A stretch of DNA of 64,000 nt. Origin: Amoeboaphelidium protococcarum X5 (Eukaryota > Fungi > Aphelidiomycota). The position numbers and the translations under genes were made by a program. The notes under the pieces were generated by a model. It worked only from the letters and a program-made list of their open reading frames with translations. It was not told the origin of the DNA and searched no databases. Where the stretch lies: the NCBI GenBank assembly GCA_023515725.1, contig JALDTO010000251.1, positions 620,001 to 684,000 of the forward strand, written 5' to 3'. This document shows, one piece after another, positions 31,396-43,603 of the stretch (positions within the stretch are counted from its first letter, which is position 1; every line of letters starts with the position of its first letter).

Positions 31396-31587
31396 ATGAT
31401 TGCATTTTGAATTTATAAAGATTAGATTTTTGTTGTATTTACATCTTAGTCTTGCATGCAGTGGAGGTTAATTGGTAAGCTACTCAAATGGCCGCTCTCA
31501 ACTTCTTCTCTTCTTTTCACTCAAAAAACACATCATAATAAATTGATTTTATTTTTAATTAATAAATTTTAAGACATATTATTAGAA

Positions 31588-32946
31588 ATGGATAAGTAGG
31601 AGATTCTGTAAATGATAGTTAAGTAGTTGCAGTACTATGAGATGAATGGCTTGGCCTCTACTGTAGCGGAGACTCTTGATAAGCCTATGGAATTCTAGCC
31701 TGCTAATACTCTGGCGGAATTAATTAAGGACGCGTCATACAAGTTGGATACTATGTCGGTGAATGGTAGCACACTATCTGATAATAATAATAAAGACGCA
31801 TTAGACGGGGATAGAGACGCCGGTTAATAATCTGCAAAGGTATCCGCATCTGCTGTTGATCTCTCTACCAAATACAATGAGCAACAGATTAAGGAGAGAC
31901 TGGGGGAGTGTATTATCGATCTGAGTAAACGTCCATCTACGGCATGCAAATCTCCTCCTTTATAAATGATATTTACCACAGTTCACAAATCTCCTGTCAA
32001 GACGGCTTCATTTTCCATAGATGGACGTTATGTCGCCACGGGATCTGCTGATTGCTCCATCAAAGTACTGGATGTTGAAAAGATGAAGATTAGATCCACA
32101 ATTGGAGATGGTGGCACGGAAGAGACTAAGCCCACTATACGCACTCTGTATGAACACACGGCCGAGGTGAATGATGTATGTTTCCATCCAAATACGCGAA
32201 TCTTAGCCACCGCTTCTGATGATAAGACTCTGCGCTTCTATGACTTGTAGAAGGTGACCAATAAGCGGGCATTCAGAACATATGAAGACTCGTTTCCGGT
32301 GAAGTCTATCAGCTTTCATCCGACTGGAGAATACATACTGGCTGGTACTCAACATGACAGTCCTGTACGTATGTACAATGTAATCACAGGCTAGTGCTTC
32401 ACCTCAGCTATTGAAGATAGTGAATAGCACGTTGGCGGTGTCCGTATGGTCAGGTATAATGGCGATGGAAGAATGTACGCGACTTGTGGGTTTGATGGTG
32501 CTGTCAAGATTTTCGATGCCACGAATGGTCGTTTGATTCGTCATATTCAGGCAGCACATGGTGGTCATGATGTGGCATCAGTTCAATTTTGTAAAACATC
32601 GCGATACCTGCTCACCTCTGGCAAAGACTCTGTACCCAAGGTGTGGGATATCACGTCTGGTAAGCCGGCGTAGGTGTACATTGGAGCTACGTAGAAGAAT
32701 GTTCTTATTGGCGCATCATTTTCTGCATTGACCGAAGATTACGTGCTGAGTGGTTGTGAAAAGACAAATACTTTGGTTGCTTGGTGTAGCAGGACTGGTC
32801 AGGTGGTGGACAAGTTTAGTACGCATGGAGGTGCTATAAACAGCGTTGTTAGTTCAGTCGCTGATACTGGAGTGCTCACTTGTGGCGAGGATAACAAGGG
32901 TAGATACTGGTCCATGGATGACATTAAAAAGTATGATTAGTAATGA
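31588..32946 (+). CDS. CSTF1: cleavage stimulation factor 50 kDa subunit
   Basis: N-terminal ILQMIVKQLQYYEMNGLA dimerisation-like helix; WD repeats ATGSADCSIKVLDVEKM, PTIRTLYEH, LLTSGKDS. Confidence 0.85.
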
Positions 32947-33071
32947 AAATGGGCTTTTATATATACCAAAGAAATGCAAATCTATTCTATTAATTAGCTT
33001 AATCACGTATTCTTCATATATCAAATTCCAAAAAAGCAACTTTCCCATCACCCGATTACCGGTAGCCAGAC

Positions 33072-33929
33072 TCAACTGCTATTAGAGTCGACCATGTCTG
33101 GCACAGAAGTCAAAGACTCTGACGACACAACTGACACATTGTCACTCATACTCTGATCCTCACGGCTGGATTAAGGGAGAAGCATTGCAGACAATGGTAA
33201 AGACTTGAAAGATCCACGTGATGCCTCATTGTATCGATCCAATTGGGACAAGTAATCGTAGTATTCACCATCAGAGACAGAGAGACGATACTGTAGCAAT
33301 GATAGAAATTGTCTTTCAATCAGATTGATCTCAGAGACACAAAATACACCAGATACCCGAGACCAGTGCAGATTCTTGATTCCATGATCAGAAGTGAACT
33401 TCCACGCAAGTACTAGAGCTGCAGTGAATAGACGATGAGGAGTGCATGGAAGACCTTTGGCGGTGAGAGGAAGAGCAGCCTTGGCTTTACATAGATAGAT
33501 ATAGATGACGCCGATCAATTTCGAGGTGATGCCAGATTTTAGGAGCAAATCATTGATATAGTCTTTAAGGAGAGGGACGCGCTTGAGAGGGGATTACGAG
33601 CCATGTTGGATTGGAATGACAGATTGAGTGGTAACGTGTATGAGCGAGATCATTTCTTCAGTTATGCGTGATTCCCCAATGACTACTCCAGAATTAATGC
33701 GCATCTTATCCGCCTGACAGTCTCCGACACTTCTACTACTACTCAAGTCTGGTAGTCCAGCTTTATCGACAACAACCGCCGCAGTATCAAAAGTCTATTT
33801 ATGAGTGTCTCGAGCGAAATCTTTGATTTGATGATACTGATGCATCATTGGCTGATCGAGCTCATCACCGACAGTCTCGGCCAGCACAACAGCATTAGAG
33901 ACGGAAGGTTATATTTAGACTGCCGACAT
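33072..33929 (-). CDS. Pho85-type cyclin (Pcl1/2 family)
   Basis: LPLTAKGLPCTPHRLFTAALVLAWKF..D..KN..W...EINLIERQFLSLL. Confidence 0.88.
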
Positions 33930-34290
33930 CGCACTGCCCAGCACCGCCGCTTGAAATAGTTAGACACAAAGGATATAGATATAGAGAATGAGGTGCCAAG
34001 AAATAAAAAAAAAATTGTAAAGTAGAGCAGCTAACCAACCGTCAGTATAACGTTTCCGAGTGGCTAAGTTTTGTTCTCCTTGTCGTGTGATCGTTCCAAA
34101 ATTTCAATCTCAGCCAAGCGTGACAACGCGTGTTAGCCTCATGATATCATCACCTCGTTTAGTTGCTCTTTACAGAACTCAATGCTTAAGGATTAACAAA
34201 ATAAATAAATTAAAATGAATACAGTCGCGTAGACCAATTACAAATAATCAAATAATAATAGTAGTATTTTTCAAAAGACTATAAACGGCA

Positions 34291-35664
34291 TCAACATTTA
34301 GAAGTGGCAGAACTTAAGCACCTAGACCGAGTCTCCTTCTCACCAATCGCAGCCAGTTTTGATAAAGGTTTATTACCAATGAATGAGTCCATCAACTACT
34401 ACGCTCTGGTGTGGATTTTAGGAACGAGTATACAAATTTTCTACGTAATTGTGGAGTAATTCTCAAAAACTTTCTAAACTTTTAGAGCGATAAAGTCAGG
34501 ACTGTCAGCCTCATTAACAACCAGAGCATCCTGGAGATACGGATCAAGAGAGTAGATTGCGCTTGTGGCACTAGTCAATGCCGGGACACCAACACTGATA
34601 GATTCCAACACAGTCATGGGAAATCCTTCAGTCAACGACACGTACATGGTGACATCCATTCTTCGAATCAGCTCGACAAATTTATAATGTGGAATTGAGT
34701 CACCATGCTCTACAATATACGCGCGGCAGTGCTAGAGATAAGAGATACTGGGCTTCTTCAGAACATGGATAATGACATAGTCAAACTGACACAAGGCCAC
34801 AATCTGCACCAAAACATTTTTATGAATCCAATGAGATCCAAATACGCCAACATGCCACTGCTTCCGTCCATCAAATCCAGATATGGAAGACTTGCCCACA
34901 TCTTCCGACTGCTTACCATTCTAAATCCGCCTGAAATCATAAGGAGGAGAGGGGAAATTATAAATCTCAAACGTCTCTATACCAAAAGCAGCAAAAGTAT
35001 TCACCAAGCCTTCTTTCACAATACCCACACGATCGATAATACCGTCTTGTGTGGCGGTAATCATTTCATTAACAACATCCGCCTCAGCATCATGAAACAT
35101 CTGAGCAAGAGAACCATGATAGATAAACAGAACCTGAATATCTGGGAATTTTTATTTCACCTTCTTTGCAAATTTAATAGCCCCAAATGGAATACCATTG
35201 ACCAATATAATTTCCAAGTGCGGCATATTACTGAACAAGAGCAGAAGATTATTCAATTGTTTATCATTATAAAAATCCTTCACTTCAATGACTGGAAACT
35301 TTTAGCCATATGAAGCTTACCGGATACCATGCCAATCTTGATGACAAAAAGATAGAATCCGAACGTCCTTATCATTAAGCAGCTCATCAACGGATTGCAA
35401 ATTAGCAGATCTAGTACCGACTCCACCAAAATTTAAATCTCCAATCTATGCATAATTCCAGTGACGAAGACCATTCTTATTCACAATAACAGATGCCAAA
35501 GAATTACCCATCCAACCGACAGAGTGCATTGAGAACGCCAGTATAATCTATAAAATGACCAGAAAGGACACTATAATGACTGCAAAACAAAATCTAGTCA
35601 TTCTCTTATTAGTGTACAACTCCTAGAAATCATATGATAAATTTTATATTCTACCATAAGCCAT
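34291..35664 (-). CDS. type II membrane GT-B glycosyltransferase (GT4-like)
   Basis: N-terminal TM; VSLTEGFPMTVLESISVGVP EX7E motif; intronless, 457 aa. Confidence 0.8.
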
Positions 35665-36009
35665 ACTGTTATTATTAGTAAACACTGCCAAAACTGGATT
35701 ACAACGCAGTGATAATAATAAGCTTTCTATATCAGCGGAAGAGGAAAAAGCTCGTGTGTGAAATTGTCGAAAAAGTACAGTAAAATGTTCCAGCAGAAAC
35801 GGGTGTTGAGGAGACGATCGCCGAGCGTCTGTCTCTTCGGCAGTTTTGTTTCAGAGAAATTTCCCCAGTTCTCACCACGCACGCTATTCTTATTCCTCCC
35901 AACTGGATCGCTTATAGTACTACGTACTGTACTTTTGAATGAAGAGAACTCCTCGGTAGGACCCAAGAAACATAGAAGTATAGTGACTATCAAGAGTAGA
36001 CAGTAAAGA

Positions 36010-36762
36010 ATGACACTGAATAAATAGTTGAATTTTTACGAGATTCTGGGTTTGAAGAAAGAGTTAAAGCCCAGCGAGATTGATATTAAATCAAGTTATC
36101 GACGTTTAGCGTTGAAGTTTCATCCAGATAAGTAGCCTTCCTCTTTGAGTAGAGCAGACTTAATTGAAGCCGAGGAGAAGTTTAAAGACATTAATAAAGC
36201 ATATTCAATATTGAGCGATCCAAAGAAGAAATAATTATATGACACGACTGGTTCAGTGGAAGATGATTTTAATATTACTAATGATGCTAACTGGACGGCA
36301 TATTTCGACAAAGTAGTTACCAGAGTTAGTAAGGAGGAGTTGGATCGGTATAGATAAAAGTATTTGAATTCACCAGAGGAGCGGCAAGACATAGAGGATG
36401 CGTACCATAAATGTCGTGGAGATTTAACACTAATGATTGAACTCATCCCATTTTCCTCTTTTGAGCAAGAGGATATGGAACGAATTGTCCAGGCAGTGAC
36501 GCGTATGATTGACGACAAGTAGCTTACAAAGACGCGTTCATGGACGAAAACATCAAAGATTGACGACAGGAAGCGCAAATCTCTTTTGAAACGATCTGCA
36601 AAGGAAGCGGAAGAGGCCTAGCAGCTGGCAAAGGATCTTGGAATTGAGAGAGTGAGCGGAGAGGATTAGCTGAAACAGTTGATATAAAGCAAGAACAAGA
36701 ACAACTTTGACGCGCTGATGGATGGCATTGAAAAGAGATATACCAAAAAGTCTAAAAAGTGA
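36010..36762 (+). CDS. DNAJC9: DnaJ protein, DNAJC9 family
   Basis: FYEILG, YRRLALKFHPDK, LYDTTG, YLNSPEERQDIEDAY; C-terminal LMDGIEKRY. Confidence 0.85.
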
Positions 36763-36963
36763 ATACAAATCTATTTAATTATTCTCAAGTTACCATATGA
36801 TAATCTCTCTCAGTGAGTTAAATTTTCAGCCAGCCTAATTAAAATAATAGATCCACTAAACTTCGTGATATTTGTCTCCAGAGAACAGACTAAATACAGA
36901 CTTGTCATCTCCTGATTTCTTAATACCGTGTGTTTTTGTAATAATGGTCAAGTACTCTTCATT
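36505..36963 (+). repeat. direct repeat copy A (459 bp)
   Basis: Near-identical to 38746-39204 (offset 2241); covers the DNAJC9 3' end, the intergenic region and the 3' end of the convergent kinase-like gene. Confidence 0.95.
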
Positions 36964-37213
36964 TAATAATGCAGTTTTCGTATCAAAGCTCTATAAAACG
37001 TGAACCAGCAGCGCGCGTAAGTTTCGCATTGTGTTCAATGTTCCACTTTTGCAATGACGATTGACGGACGCCTAGTAGAAGGACTGATATTAATATATGA
37101 CGTTTATGTGCAATAAGTTAAAAGAAAATGCAAATTAAATATTATACCGTTACTTTATTTGGGCTCATTTCGACCCCCCCCCCTAATTTGTTTTCCAGCG
37201 ACCACCTCCCTCT

Positions 37214-37708
37214 TCAAATCCAAGTCTCGCACTTGCGCAAATGAACACCATTATAACTATAAGCGGCATACGGCTCATACCCTTAATTTGTGTATTAATC
37301 AAATAAACTAGTATCTAGTGGGGTGTATTTAGCGGTCCACTTTTTACAAACAGGGACTCCAGGGGTAGATTTCGCTCTCGTAGTTGCCAATGATTCCAAA
37401 TACTCAGCAGACTGCTACAATTACTACGCCTATCGACTAGCTTGTTGCAGAATTTCATTAGCTTAATCTTAAGCATCTTACAGCGCCTACTTTGCCTGAA
37501 CATTCATAGCAGTTGCTTGCTCCTAAGCCTACTGCAGCACGGACTGAGCCTCGGCCAGGACTGATCTCGATTAAAATTTATCCCTAAACCCGCTTAATAA
37601 ACCACGATCAGCTGGCATATCAGAATACAGCAAAGGCTAATGCGATTCAGAAGAAGGATCCATAGCACTGACCGCAATAGCCAAAACTGATAGAACAAAG
37701 ATGCGCAT
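37214..37708 (-). CDS. small secreted protein (164 aa): signal peptide, Q/A coiled coil, C-terminal CxxW..GYEPYA..GVHLRKC domain
   Basis: MRIFVLSVLAIAVSA-MDP...; open only under TAR=Gln; paralogous to 38003-38433. Confidence 0.8.
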
Positions 37709-38002
37709 ATTTCAATGTAAAAAAATCAATTATGTGAATATCTTTTAAAAAGTATGTGAAAAAAGATGAAAAAAATTGCTTATGATGATATGCAACTTAT
37801 AACGTGCTGCGCCATTAAAATCATACCCCTGACAAACTTAAAGAAGCTCGGCGATCTATCGACAGATGCCTCAGAAGATGTAAATGAAATAATACTCAAC
37901 ATGCATTGTACAAAAGTAAAAGAAAATCATATCCCATTACTACTTTATTATTGTTTCTAAGCAGGAGATCTCACAGCAATATAAGCGAACACACCTTGAA
38001 AC

Positions 38003-38433
38003 TCAATTCTCGCACTTGCGCAAATGAACACCGTAGTATCGGTCTGCTGCATACGGTTCATATCCATTTTGAGATACTTCTTTAAACTCCGTACTTCGCA
38101 ACGCTGCGTGTTCAGCCGTCCATTCTTGACAAAGAGGTGTTTCAGAGATAGACTTTGCTCTAGACAACGCCAAAGGTTGCAGATTCTCAACTGACTGCAA
38201 CAATTAATTTTCTTGTACAATCATTGCAGCGGTCATTGCTTTGCCTATAGCAGCACAGAGTTTGCCTCAGCCAATACAGATCTAGACTTAAATCCGCTCA
38301 TTAAACGACTAAAGAACTCACGATTTTTTAGAACTTCACAATAGTCAGGTTTAGACTAACGAGAATCACACAAATCAGATAGATTCATAGAGCTGACCGC
38401 AATCGGTAGCACAAATAAGACAGAGACGCGCAT
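38003..38433 (-). pseudogene. frameshifted paralogue of the 37214-37708 secreted protein
   Basis: MRVSVLFVLPIAVSS...SRSVLAEANSVL then in-frame TGA at 38233; the homologous C-terminus (CQEWTA..GYEPYAA..GVHLRKCEN) is in another frame; the 431-nt span is not a multiple of 3. Confidence 0.7.
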
Positions 38434-38745
38434 TTTTAATTTATTGATGGATAGCCGCGCATACTATAAAGTTAGCAAGAGAAACGAATCTTTATTTTGA
38501 CCAAATTGCTGAGCCACTGCTTTAATATCCCTGTCGAGTCATGGTGTCGCGAAATCTGCGACTGGTTGAAACGATATGAAGATTAGCTGATACAATGGCC
38601 GGCAATATGCAATACGAATGACAACTATTTATAGGTGAATACGGCCATTGGAGTATTAAACTTTTAGTTAAAACACCAAATTCTATCTCCGTTTATCTAG
38701 TATACTAGTTGAGTATTTGCCTGTTAATGGCATTCAACGTCGAAG

Positions 38746-39204
38746 ATGATTGACGACAAGAAGCTAAAGTAGACGCGTTTATGGACGAAAACATCAACGA
38801 TTGACGACAAGAAGCGCAAATCTCTTTTGAAACGATCTGCAAAGGAAGCGGAAGAGGCTGAGCAGCTGGCAAAAGATCTTGGAATTGAGAGAGTGAGCGG
38901 AGAGGATCAGCTGAAACAGTTGATATAAAGCAAGAACAAGAACAACTTTGACGCGCTAATGGATGGCATTGAAAAGAGATATACCAAAAAGTCTAAAAAG
39001 TGAATACAAATCTATTTAATCATTCTTAAGTTACCATATGATAATCTCTCTCAGTGAGTTAAATTTTCAGCCAGCCTAATTAAAATAATAGATCCACTAA
39101 ACTTCGTGATATTTGTCTCCAGAGAACAGACTAAATACAGACTTGTCATCTCCTGATTTCTTAATACCGTGTGTTTTTGTAATAATGGTCAAGTACTCTT
39201 CATT
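38746..39204 (+). repeat. direct repeat copy B (459 bp), includes an orphan DNAJC9 3' fragment
   Basis: Near-identical to 36505-36963. Confidence 0.95.
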
Positions 39205-40542
39205 CCAGTAATGTTCAATGTATTGAGGTAAATGCTTAGCTTGACCAGATTTCATAAGTGCCAATTCTGTGTTGGACGGATTAACGTACTTGGATATCAT
39301 TTTATACGCCTCCGAATCGCAAGATATCATCTTGATAAACACCTCCTTCCCTCTACCTCGACGTTTTTGGCCGGTCTTTTCATATCTCAAAGCCTTTAAC
39401 ACGAAGCCAAACTCATTTTTACCGACACAGCCAAGAATTTCATAATCAAATCTTTTAGTTGAATTTTACTTTTACTTTGTATCATTAGAATTGAACGTAT
39501 TTAGTGTCGGTTGCTGTTAAGATGACTCCAAGTTCAGAGCCTTTCTGCCATCAAGAATATCAGCCAAATCGCACTCTACTTTACTTGAACCATTACTTAA
39601 TGACGGTCTTTCTAGCTTATTCATGCTTTGTCTTCGGGATTGCAACAGATCTTCTACATTGGTAGCAGGAAGTCGCGCAGCTATTTTAACTTTCTAACTT
39701 TGATGCTCTTAACGTTATTGATCGCGATCTTTTACGGATTAATTAGCGACTTAAATTTATGGGACACTTAATGGAACTGAGGGCCTTTTCTGTATCAATG
39801 AGCTACTAGAAGGCTACTAAGATTATGGCAGAAGTTCGGGTACACTGATCATTGACTTTTGACTGCCCAAATACGGTTACGATTATGATTATCCGGGCTT
39901 CAACGATAATGAGCTACGACCAGACTTATCAATCGCTGCCAGACTCAGAGTTGACTACGTAGGAAACACGCTCACTCTCTGGGGTTTATCGCCACCATAA
40001 CCGCTTCTCCATCCACCGGAAGTGCTGGGTGTTCTCGTTAGATCAGACTCTGCACCTTTACCGCCATTTCCTCGAGGCATCAAATATCCATCAACATCCG
40101 ATGCAACAGACTGGCGAATCTAGTAACTGCTCCAAGATTAACGTTGCGGCACTGGCTAACTCTTTCTTGTGAGAGACGATTTAGCAATTGGAGGATAGGC
40201 GAACGCTTTATCAATATTCAATGCCTGACCCTCTGCATATCCCTGTGGCGTAATCCTTCTCAACGTTGGAGGCAGCTGCGATCCGGTACTTTAAATTCTA
40301 GACGCACTGATCTGAGCGAAGTCTTCAAACGATGGCATAGAATGAATTTTGTCAGAAGCATTTATAGAGCTTTAGTATTTCCTATCACTCTGGAACTCAG
40401 CTGGAAGAGCTGGTCGCTGTTTCATTACAACTTGTGACATCTATTGCTGATGACCATCATAACTCTTTCCCCTTTAAGAGCTATCGTTGATCGTTCCCGG
40501 CAATGGAGGAGGCAGAGGAATATTTTAATTAAAGTAATCCAT
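39067..40542 (-). CDS. disordered S/P/Q-rich protein ending in a protein-kinase N-lobe-like fragment (no C-lobe)
   Basis: 491-aa frame; YEILGCVGKNEFGFVLKA, VFIKMI, E-helix, YLTIITKTHG, then TGA with no HRD/DFG. Confidence 0.65.
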
Positions 40543-40815
40543 ATATATGATTTCTAAATTCAGATCAGTATATGCTGATGCTTATTATTACAAGGTAGTT
40601 TGATCAGAATTAATTAATATTTCAACATCCGATTGTTTTCATGGCAAAGCGAGTGAAACAAATCAATCAGACGTTCGTCGTCATGGCGGCATCCACGAAC
40701 TGTAAACATTGGATGATGATATGTGGGCGACTTATTCAGAGTGTAAGTACTAAGAATATGAATGAAGGCGAATGGAAAGTTGAAATTTTTATGATTGTTT
40801 ATTAAAAACTTACGG

Positions 40816-41556
40816 TCACATAAAGTCGTCATAGTCATCATCTCTGTCATAGAGTGCCTCAGATGCACCGAATGGATCAGCAGAGACCTTCAATTAACTT
40901 TTTGCAGTTGACTTCTTCTTTCCTTTATCCTTTTCCTGGCGCTGTTTATCATTTGCCAAAGTATTCAAAGTAGATGAGAGCTTCCTAATAGCAATAGGAT
41001 CCAAGTTCAACGCCAAGTTTCTATATAAAGTATCCAAAAACTACGCATATACAGAAGGCTTCGCGCTGCAAGACGCGACTTTCTGTACGATAAGATCAGC
41101 AAACTATTCAAAATCCTACTTAGTTTTAGGATGCATAGAATCGATGGATTATTTTGAATCCAAAGCACCAGCAGCAGCCGCTGCAGCATCAGCAGAAGAT
41201 AAGGTGACACCAGAGAACAGATCAGTCGCGTGCTGCATATCAGCCTCACGCACGGCCTGCTCCAGCCTCTTCTTTCGCTCCAGTGGATCTTCCATCAGTT
41301 CTGCCTCCATCTGAGCCTTCTTCTCAGCAATTTCCTGTCTCTTCTTCTCCTCAGCCTGTTTACGTTCTTCAATAGCTTGTGCAAGCGGCTTCTTCTTTTT
41401 AACAGGAGCCACCGTACTGACCTTAGTATCAGCACTTTCATCCTCCAACTCGTCTTCCCAAGAGTCTAGCACATCATCGTCCTGATCGTTCACGTATGCA
41501 CCCTCGGCGACAGCAATAGGCTAATCATCCAATTGATCTTCCCAGCTGTCTGACAT
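40816..41556 (-). CDS. HCR1: translation initiation factor eIF3 subunit J
   Basis: MSDSWED, VLDSWED, EADMQHATDLF, C-terminal DDYDDFM*. Confidence 0.92.
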
Positions 41557-41684
41557 TTTACGCGCAAATTTTATCTAGTGAAGAAATTAATGATTGTGAT
41601 AAAAGATGAAAAGAAGAGGAAGACGACGTCAAATAGATCGAGAATTAAATGAACGCGATCAAAACTTCATTAAACACGAAATCT

Positions 41685-41972
41685 TCATTTATCTACAGAA
41701 GTGAGGGAGATCGATTTAAGATTTTTGCCAGGAATCATTACTGTGCCAGTGATACGAGTAAATCCTACAACACACTGAATGTTTAATTAATCGCTAGCTC
41801 TATATAAATTCTTACCATTCGCATATCTCTCTTTGGAATTGTGAAGCACGACATTTCTATGTTTATCCACACATACAAACTAGCCAGATACCACGCGTCC
41901 ATCTGATACAGTCACAGTACATTTAGCATCCTTCTATTACATCAACTCCAAAAGCCGAGATTTGGCATCCAT
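41685..41972 (-). CDS. NAA38: LSM-domain protein, NatC auxiliary subunit Naa38/Mak31-like
   Basis: VSDGRVVSGQFVCVDKHRNVVL..E...R.TGTVMIPGKNL. Intron 41765-41815. Confidence 0.7.
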
Positions 41973-42078
41973 TGAACGCGCGTTAATGTCCCGTCCGCTC
42001 GTTCGTTCGCGCTTCTCTCTTCCCGAGTGAGTGAATGAATAAGAGAGGACTCAACACTTGGAGAATAAACTTTTCTAT

Positions 42079-42441
42079 ATGGTTTCAAGTCAGATCATTT
42101 GGAACAGTGAGTAGAGTGGAGAACATTACATTATAGAGTTGTAAGGAGTGCTGGAGGATATTTAAGAAGGCTTTGAACTTGGAGAGTTGATTGAATGCAA
42201 TCCTGAACATAACAACTAGACTACACTATCCATTGGCTCAGGCATCCTCATTGGGAAGAAGGTTGAGTTGAAGAAGCCTTTTTTATTGTTGTAGTCAATT
42301 CATAATGAAGATGATGCAGACCATGGTGATTAATAATAAAGAGCCCTTTAGATTGAAGACGTCATCAGAACTAAATATCTATTCAACACAAGGCCCTAAC
42401 ATTTCATTAGTTAAAGAGTAAAGAACAAGATGAATATTTGA
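42079..42441 (+). CDS. CTF8: Ctf18-RFC subunit Ctf8
   Basis: IIELQG, L.IG..IL.GKKVELKKP, KYLFNTRP. Confidence 0.85.
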
Positions 42442-42527
42442 TCTAACGTACTTCTGATCTCTCTGCTTTTTACTTACTGTATTCTCTTTTCTTTACTACT
42501 ATTGCAGAAATCACACGCGTGCGCGCC

Positions 42528-43379
42528 ATGACTGAATAAATTGACGAGAATTAGACGTCTGAGAGTAAGAGAGATATCGCTCAACTCACAGAGGAATAAC
42601 CAGCCGTCAATGAGGTGGATATCGATAGCCCACCCAAGATTTCCAAGAAACAGCAGAAGCGTCTCAGGAAAGAACAAGAGCGCGAAGAGCAGTATGGAAA
42701 TAAACGGGTCAAGACTGTAGATCCTGACGCGTTATACTCAGTCTCGTTATAGCCAGAGAGTAATGCAAAGCTTTCAATATTGCTTGATTGTGATTTTGAT
42801 AATCTTATGAGCGTGTCTGAAATAAAGAGCAATGCTTCTCAGATATCTCACTGCTATGGATTGAATCGAAGAAGTGATCGTCATATCAATCTACTAATTT
42901 CTGGCCTTGAGTGCGCAGATAATCTTATACCGAGTCCTTAACGACTAAAGTATGATGGCTCACTACACTCAACCAAGAGATGCCTTGATATTTAGAATGC
43001 TCATTAGTGGTAGAATGTGAAATTTTATAAAGATTCATTTAGTCAGTGTTTGAAGGAGCAATTTAACAAGATGATATATCTCACTGCTGATACAGAATCG
43101 TTCCTTGGAGATGATGAAAATGATATTGACTTTGATAGTGACACCATTCTCATTATTGGTGCAATAGTGGACAAGAATCGGCACAAGAACTTATGTGCTA
43201 CTAAAGCTAAAGAGTTGGGTATCAGGACTGCTGCACTGCCCATCGGAAAATTTATCAAGTTGTCCACGCGTCATGTTCTTACCACTAATCACGTCTTTGA
43301 AATTCTCCTAAAATATTTGCAGCATAAAGACTGGGAGAAGGCGTTTCTAGAAGTGATCCCCAAGCGTAAATTTGATTGA
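42528..43379 (+). CDS. TRM10: tRNA m1G9 methyltransferase
   Basis: LDCDFDNLMS, YLTAD, IIGAIVDKNRHK, LPI, VLTTNHVFEIL, VIPKRK. Confidence 0.92.
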
Positions 43380-43603
43380 AATAGTTACTATTAGAATTAT
43401 ATATCGCATTTTCTTGTCGCAGTATATGCACACGATGGTTAATCAGGGATCATTCGGTCGATGCGCGTTCCTTTCTTGCTCAAGTCGAACTTCAACGAGG
43501 CCCTCATCTTCCCTCTAACCAACACGTTCTCTGTTAAAAACTTCATTTTAAATAACACGATCTAGATTAGTATAATAATAATAATAATAATAGTAGTAGA
43601 ATA

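Noticed and set aside
34705-35313. 202-aa plus-strand ORF
   Set aside because: Antisense to the glycosyltransferase.
36505-39204. LTR retrotransposon
   Set aside because: The repeats are host gene ends, lack TG..CA termini, and enclose no gag/pol.
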